This document shows positions 59,836 to 64,000 of a stretch of DNA of 64,000 nucleotides, piece after piece. The translations under genes and the position numbers were made by a program. This stretch comes from Candidatus Brocadiia bacterium. GTDB taxonomy: Bacteria; Planctomycetota; Brocadiia; CAIUPP01. The stretch lies in contig JBEKCB010000027.1 in NCBI GenBank assembly GCA_050015075.1, positions 1 through 64,000 on the forward strand. Reading direction: 5' to 3'. How positions within the stretch are numbered: the first letter of the stretch is position 1; each line of letters begins with the position of its first letter. The notes below the pieces were generated by a model. It was not told the origin of the DNA. It did not search any database and saw only the letters and a program-made list of their open reading frames with translations.

Positions 59836-61920
59836 ATGGCGCGAAAATTCGTTCTGCACACTCACAAGAAAGTTGACGCGACCGACTTCAGCGAGGCGCT
59901 CAACGAAGAGCAGTTGGCCGTCGCGACCGCTCCGGGCGGGCCCATGCTCGTCGTGGCCGGAGCGGGCACCGGGAAGACGCGCGCGCTGACCTATCGCCTA
60001 GCCTGGCTGGTGCGCGCGGGCGTGGATCCGGGGCGCATCCTGCTGGTCACCTTCACGAACCGCGCCGCGCGCGAGATGGTCCACCGCGTCGAGTTGCTCG
60101 TCGAACAGGCGACGCGCCACCTCTGGGCCGGCACGTTCCACCACATCGCCAATCGCATTCTCCGGCAGTACGGCAGCAAGCTGGGCATCTCTTCCGACTT
60201 CACCATCCTCGACCGCGAGGACGCCTCCGGCCTGCTGAAGTCGTGCGTGCCCGATTCCGGGGTGCCGATCGGCAAGCGGCGCTTCCCGCAGAAAAAAGTG
60301 CTGATGGAGATCTCCAGCTTCCTGCAGAACACGCTGCAACCGCTGCACGAAGTCCTCGCCCGGCGCTATCCGATGTTCGCCGATCAGTCCGAGGAGATCG
60401 CGCGCGTTCTCGAACTGTACGCCGTGCGCAAACGCGAGCGCCAGTTCCTGGACTACGATGACCTCCTCTCGGCGTGGCTCGTTCTCCTGACGGAGCATGC
60501 GGATGTCCGGCGCGTGTTGTCCGACCAGTTCCAGCACATTTTGGTGGATGAGTACCAGGACACCAACGCGATCCAAGGGGCGATCGTGGACGCGCTGGCT
60601 TCGACGCACCGGAACGTCTGCGTCGTCGGGGATGACTCGCAGTCCATCTACAGTTTCCGGGGCGCGAACTTTGAGAACATCCTGGGGTTCAAGGAGCGAT
60701 ATCCGGACGCCCGGGAGTACCAGCTCGAGACGAACTACCGGTCCGTGCCGCAGATCCTGGCCCTTGCGAACGCCAGCATCGCCGTGAACACGCGCCGGCT
60801 GCCCAAGGAACTGCGCGCCGTGCGGCCGTCCGGGCTGAAGCCGGCCGTGTCGTCCTGCCACGATGGGAGCGTCCAGGCGCAGTTCATCGCCGAGTACATT
60901 CTCCATCTGCTCGACCAGGAGCGGAAGCTCAACGACATCGCCGTCCTCTATCGCAGCCATTGGCACTCGATCGAAATCCAGCTCGAGCTGCGCCGCCGGA
61001 ATATCCCGTTCCAGGTCCGCGGCGGGTTGAGGTTCTTCGAACAGGCGCACATCAAGGACGTCGTCGCGCACCTGCGGCTCGTCCAGAACCCCAAGGACGA
61101 ACTCGCCTGGCTCCGCGTGCTGCAACTGCTGCCGAAAGTCGGCAGCGCCTCCTCGAGGAAGGCCTGGCTTCACATTGCCGGATTCGCCAATCCGCTGGAG
61201 GAGGCCGCGCGACCGGAGACGGCGCGCGTGCTGCCCGCGCCGGCGCGGCCGTTCTATGCCGACTTCGTCAGCCTCCTCCGCGAACTGCCGACACTGCAAT
61301 CGCCGGCGGAGATGATGGAGCGCGTCATGGCGGGCCCTTACGGGGCTTACCTTGAATCGCACTACGATCACGCCTCGCTCCGGAAGGAGGACATCCGCGG
61401 CATGATCAGCTTCGCCGCGCAGTACAAGGCCCTCGAGGCTTTTCTCGCGGACGTGTCCCTCGCCGGCGAGTTCTCCGGCGAGACGGTCGTCACCGGCCCC
61501 GAGGAGCAGGAATTCGTGATCCTCTCGACCGTGCACCAGGCCAAAGGGCTCGAGTGGCCGATCGTGTTCATCCCGTGGCTCTCCGACGGCCGGTTCCCCA
61601 CCGACTTCGCGATCAACACCCGCGAGGAGGAAGAGGAGGAGCGGCGCGTCTTCCACGTCGCCGTGACGCGAGCGAAGGACGAGCTTTACCTGCTGGTCCC
61701 GCAGTTCCAGCGCAGCCGCTCCGACCGGCTTGTGATGATGAAGCCGAGCCGCTTCCTGACCGAGCTTCAGCCCGACGTGACCGAACCGCTGGTGATCGAA
61801 GAGGGGCTGCCGGACCTGATCGTCGGCGGAAAAGCGCTCCCCGCGCCGGAGGGCGCGCGGAGGATCCCTTTGAAATCAGGCAACGGAAAACGAAAACTTC
61901 GCAAGGAGAAGAAGAAATGA
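59836..61920 (+). CDS. UvrD/PcrA-family ATP-dependent DNA helicase
   Basis: AGAGTGKT, TFTNRAA, VDEYQDTN, GDDSQSIYSFRGA, NYRS, STVHQAKGLE and EERRVFHVAVTRAK. Confidence 0.95.
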   Translation: MARKFVLHTHKKVDATDFSEALNEEQLAVATAPGGPMLVVAGAGTGKTRALTYRLAWLVRAGVDPGRILLVTFTNRAAREMVHRVELLVEQATRHLWAGTFHHIANRILRQYGSKLGISSDFTILDREDASGLLKSCVPDSGVPIGKRRFPQKKVLMEISSFLQNTLQPLHEVLARRYPMFADQSEEIARVLELYAVRKRERQFLDYDDLLSAWLVLLTEHADVRRVLSDQFQHILVDEYQDTNAIQGAIVDALASTHRNVCVVGDDSQSIYSFRGANFENILGFKERYPDAREYQLETNYRSVPQILALANASIAVNTRRLPKELRAVRPSGLKPAVSSCHDGSVQAQFIAEYILHLLDQERKLNDIAVLYRSHWHSIEIQLELRRRNIPFQVRGGLRFFEQAHIKDVVAHLRLVQNPKDELAWLRVLQLLPKVGSASSRKAWLHIAGFANPLEEAARPETARVLPAPARPFYADFVSLLRELPTLQSPAEMMERVMAGPYGAYLESHYDHASLRKEDIRGMISFAAQYKALEAFLADVSLAGEFSGETVVTGPEEQEFVILSTVHQAKGLEWPIVFIPWLSDGRFPTDFAINTREEEEEERRVFHVAVTRAKDELYLLVPQFQRSRSDRLVMMKPSRFLTELQPDVTEPLVIEEGLPDLIVGGKALPAPEGARRIPLKSGNGKRKLRKEKKK

Positions 61921-62384
61921 AGGCATCCGAGGGGCGCATCGGGCGCGTGTTCGTGATCCGGCTCGACGACGGCGACGTCATCCCGAACTGTATCGAGCGG
62001 TTCGCCGCCGAGCGCGGCGTCACAACCGGCTACGCCCTGCTCATAGGCGGTGTCGGCAAGGGCGAAGTGGTCGTCGGCCCGCGCGATTCGGCCGCGATGC
62101 CGCCGGACCCGATGGCGCTTCCGCTCGACGGCGCGCACGAAGTCTCCGGCGTCGGCGTCCTCGCGCCGGGCGTGGACGGCAAGCCCGCGCTCCACATGCA
62201 CGCCGCCCTGGGCCGCGCCGGCCGCACCATGACCGGATGCCTGAGAAAGGGCGTAAAGACCTGGCTCCTCGGGGAAGCGATCCTCGTCGAGGTCACCGGC
62301 GCAGAGGTCCGCCGCGTCAAGGACGAGAAGTCGGGGTTTGCGCTGCTGCAGACCGACAGCGGCGCGGGCAAGGTCGGCCGTTGA
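61917..62384 (+). CDS. PPC/DUF296 domain protein
   Basis: RLDDGD, IGG, HMHAALG and TGCL; ATGA overlap with the helicase. Confidence 0.85.
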   Translation: MKASEGRIGRVFVIRLDDGDVIPNCIERFAAERGVTTGYALLIGGVGKGEVVVGPRDSAAMPPDPMALPLDGAHEVSGVGVLAPGVDGKPALHMHAALGRAGRTMTGCLRKGVKTWLLGEAILVEVTGAEVRRVKDEKSGFALLQTDSGAGKVGR

Positions 62385-62459
62385 ATTCGACGAAAAAAGT
62401 ACTGACTGCGACTGCGCGGACAGTGGCAGAGGCGCCGTCTTTTCGACTATACTTAGGTT

Positions 62460-62783
62460 ATGGCAAAGGAACGCATCATCATGGCGCGCCTGACCCGTCG
62501 GGGCGAGCTTGGACGCGAGTTCGATCTCGAGTTTTGGGACAAAATCGGCGCGGAAGGCCGTTTTGCCGCCGCGTGGGAAATGGTGCGCGAGGTCATGGCG
62601 ATGAGGGGTATGAGCGGGCGTCAGACGCGACTACAGAAATCTGTTGCGCGCATGGTGCGCCTTCGGCGGACTGGAACAAAACGGCGCACCAGGCGCATCA
62701 CTCCGGCTCCAGCACGATCAACGTCACTTCCGGCGGCGCGAAGAGGCGCATCGGCGGGCCCCAGGTTCCGGTGCCGCGGCTGA
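62460..62783 (+). CDS. Small hypothetical protein (DLEFW...RFAAAWEMV...RLQKSV type)
   Basis: Protein-like first ~70 aa; the 3' end overlaps the convergent gene by 86 nt. Confidence 0.6.
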   Translation: MAKERIIMARLTRRGELGREFDLEFWDKIGAEGRFAAAWEMVREVMAMRGMSGRQTRLQKSVARMVRLRRTGTKRRTRRITPAPARSTSLPAARRGASAGPRFRCRG

Positions 62784-63837
62784 GGTAGATATCGCTGCCC
62801 GGCGCGACGCGGTGCAAACCGGGCGTGATCGGATAGAAGCAGTAGACCACCAGGTTGAACGGGAATATCTGGCCGCCGTGCAGGTGGCCGGAGAGTTGCA
62901 AGTCGAACCGCCCTGCCGATGCCGGATTGATCCTCGGCTGATGCTTGAGCAGGACCACCGGCCGCATGCCGTCCTCGCCCGCCAGCGCAGGCGGCTCATC
63001 GAAGAAGCACGGTTCGCTTCTCTGACGCCCGGCCGGATCGTCCACGCCGGCGACCCGCACCGGCCCGGCGACGGCCGATTCCCCGCGCAGCGTTTTCAGT
63101 CCGGCGGTCTGGTAGAAGCTCAAACTGTTCTGCAAACCGGTGTAATACTCGTGATTCCCAAGGCAGCCGAACTTGCCCATCGGCGCCCGCACGGCCGCGA
63201 GCATTTCCGCCAGGCTTTTCCCAATCTGGTACGGCAGGTCCGACAGATCTCCGGTGCAGACGAGAATGTCCGGCGCGGCCTCGTTGATGAGGCCGATGAT
63301 CTTCGCCAGCGTCCGCTCCTTCAGGATCGGACTGAGATGAATATCCGTGATCTGGACGATCCGCACCGGCGCCGCGCCGCGGGACAGCTTCGGCGTGCGG
63401 ACATGGACCTCTTTGAGCCGGATGTCCGCCGCTTCGATCAGCCCCCAGCCGGCGGCCGCCAGCACCACGACGCCGTAAAGCGCAAGCGCCGGCTTCGGCC
63501 GAAGCAGAAGGCAGGCCGCCGACGGTTGGAAATGGGCCATGCAGCGCATCCCCAGGTTCCAGCCGTCTCCCAGGAGCGCCAGCACGCAGAACCAGAACAG
63601 AATGGCCATCCAGGAGTAGCCCACCGCGGCGGCCAGCCAGGCGAGGCGGACGCATCCCCGGCGCTCGAACACGCGCACGAGGATCGGGGCCGCAATCGCG
63701 AAGATAAAGAATATCGCGAGCAGCGCCGTGAAGACTCCCGGACCGGGCCAGGCGGCATGAATTTTGGAGAAGAAGTAAAAATTGATTCCGCCATAGATGG
63801 CGAGGAAAATCGCAATGAACAGCGCCATATCGCCCAC
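62698..63837 (-). CDS. Membrane-anchored metallophosphoesterase (YkuE/YaeI-like)
   Basis: DIH, TGDL, GNHE, HQP, SGHLHGGQ and GTWGPPMR; N-terminal TM helices. Confidence 0.92.
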   Translation of the reverse strand: MGDMALFIAIFLAIYGGINFYFFSKIHAAWPGPGVFTALLAIFFIFAIAAPILVRVFERRGCVRLAWLAAAVGYSWMAILFWFCVLALLGDGWNLGMRCMAHFQPSAACLLLRPKPALALYGVVVLAAAGWGLIEAADIRLKEVHVRTPKLSRGAAPVRIVQITDIHLSPILKERTLAKIIGLINEAAPDILVCTGDLSDLPYQIGKSLAEMLAAVRAPMGKFGCLGNHEYYTGLQNSLSFYQTAGLKTLRGESAVAGPVRVAGVDDPAGRQRSEPCFFDEPPALAGEDGMRPVVLLKHQPRINPASAGRFDLQLSGHLHGGQIFPFNLVVYCFYPITPGLHRVAPGSDIYLSRGTGTWGPPMRLFAPPEVTLIVLEPE

Positions 63838-64000
63838 TGCCTCGAGAAAGTCAGGTCGGGTCCGGCCGTCGCCTGCGCATCATACCCGGTCCGTCGAAGG
63901 ACTGTCCAACGCAACCCGGGCCGACCGGCACCCCGAAATCAGCGTTGCGCAGGCGAAACCCTTTTTGATATAAGTAACGTTTCGGCGACAGGCCGGCGAG

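Overview
High-GC bacterial chromosome segment, most likely Planctomycetota. This is inferred from the EF-Tu switch-I variant [19 protein letters not shown], the RpoB Rif-region GRxELSQVV and the absence of rpmD. The window is mostly housekeeping. On the minus strand: tRNA-Arg, tRNAs Thr-Tyr-Gly-Thr, tuf-rpmG-tRNA-Trp-secE-nusG-rplKAJL-rpoB-rpoC-rpsLG-fusA, the S10-spc-alpha ribosomal cluster, and prs-rplY-pth-rpsF-ssb-rpsR-rplI-dnaB-bamA-skp-lpxC-lpxA-(gnnA-like)-lpxB. On the plus strand: two glycosyltransferases, ffh-rpsP-trmD-rplS-yraN and a UvrD/PcrA helicase. The standout feature is TWO full-length, catalytically intact but strongly diverged rpoB genes with only one rpoC and one rpoA in the window. 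The copy at the canonical rplL-rpoB-rpoC position has eroded DNA-channel/CRE-region motifs and a hairpin between its Shine-Dalgarno and start codon. The second copy sits directly after rpoA-rplQ, is otherwise consensus-like, and carries four substitutions at rifamycin-pocket positions. Together they suggest two RNA polymerase core isoforms. Also present: short palindromic REP/REPIN-like elements (some nested inside each other), a structured spacer inside the spc operon, phased direct repeats and a structured intergenic element after yraN. All alignments and residue numbering were done by eye; no searches were run.
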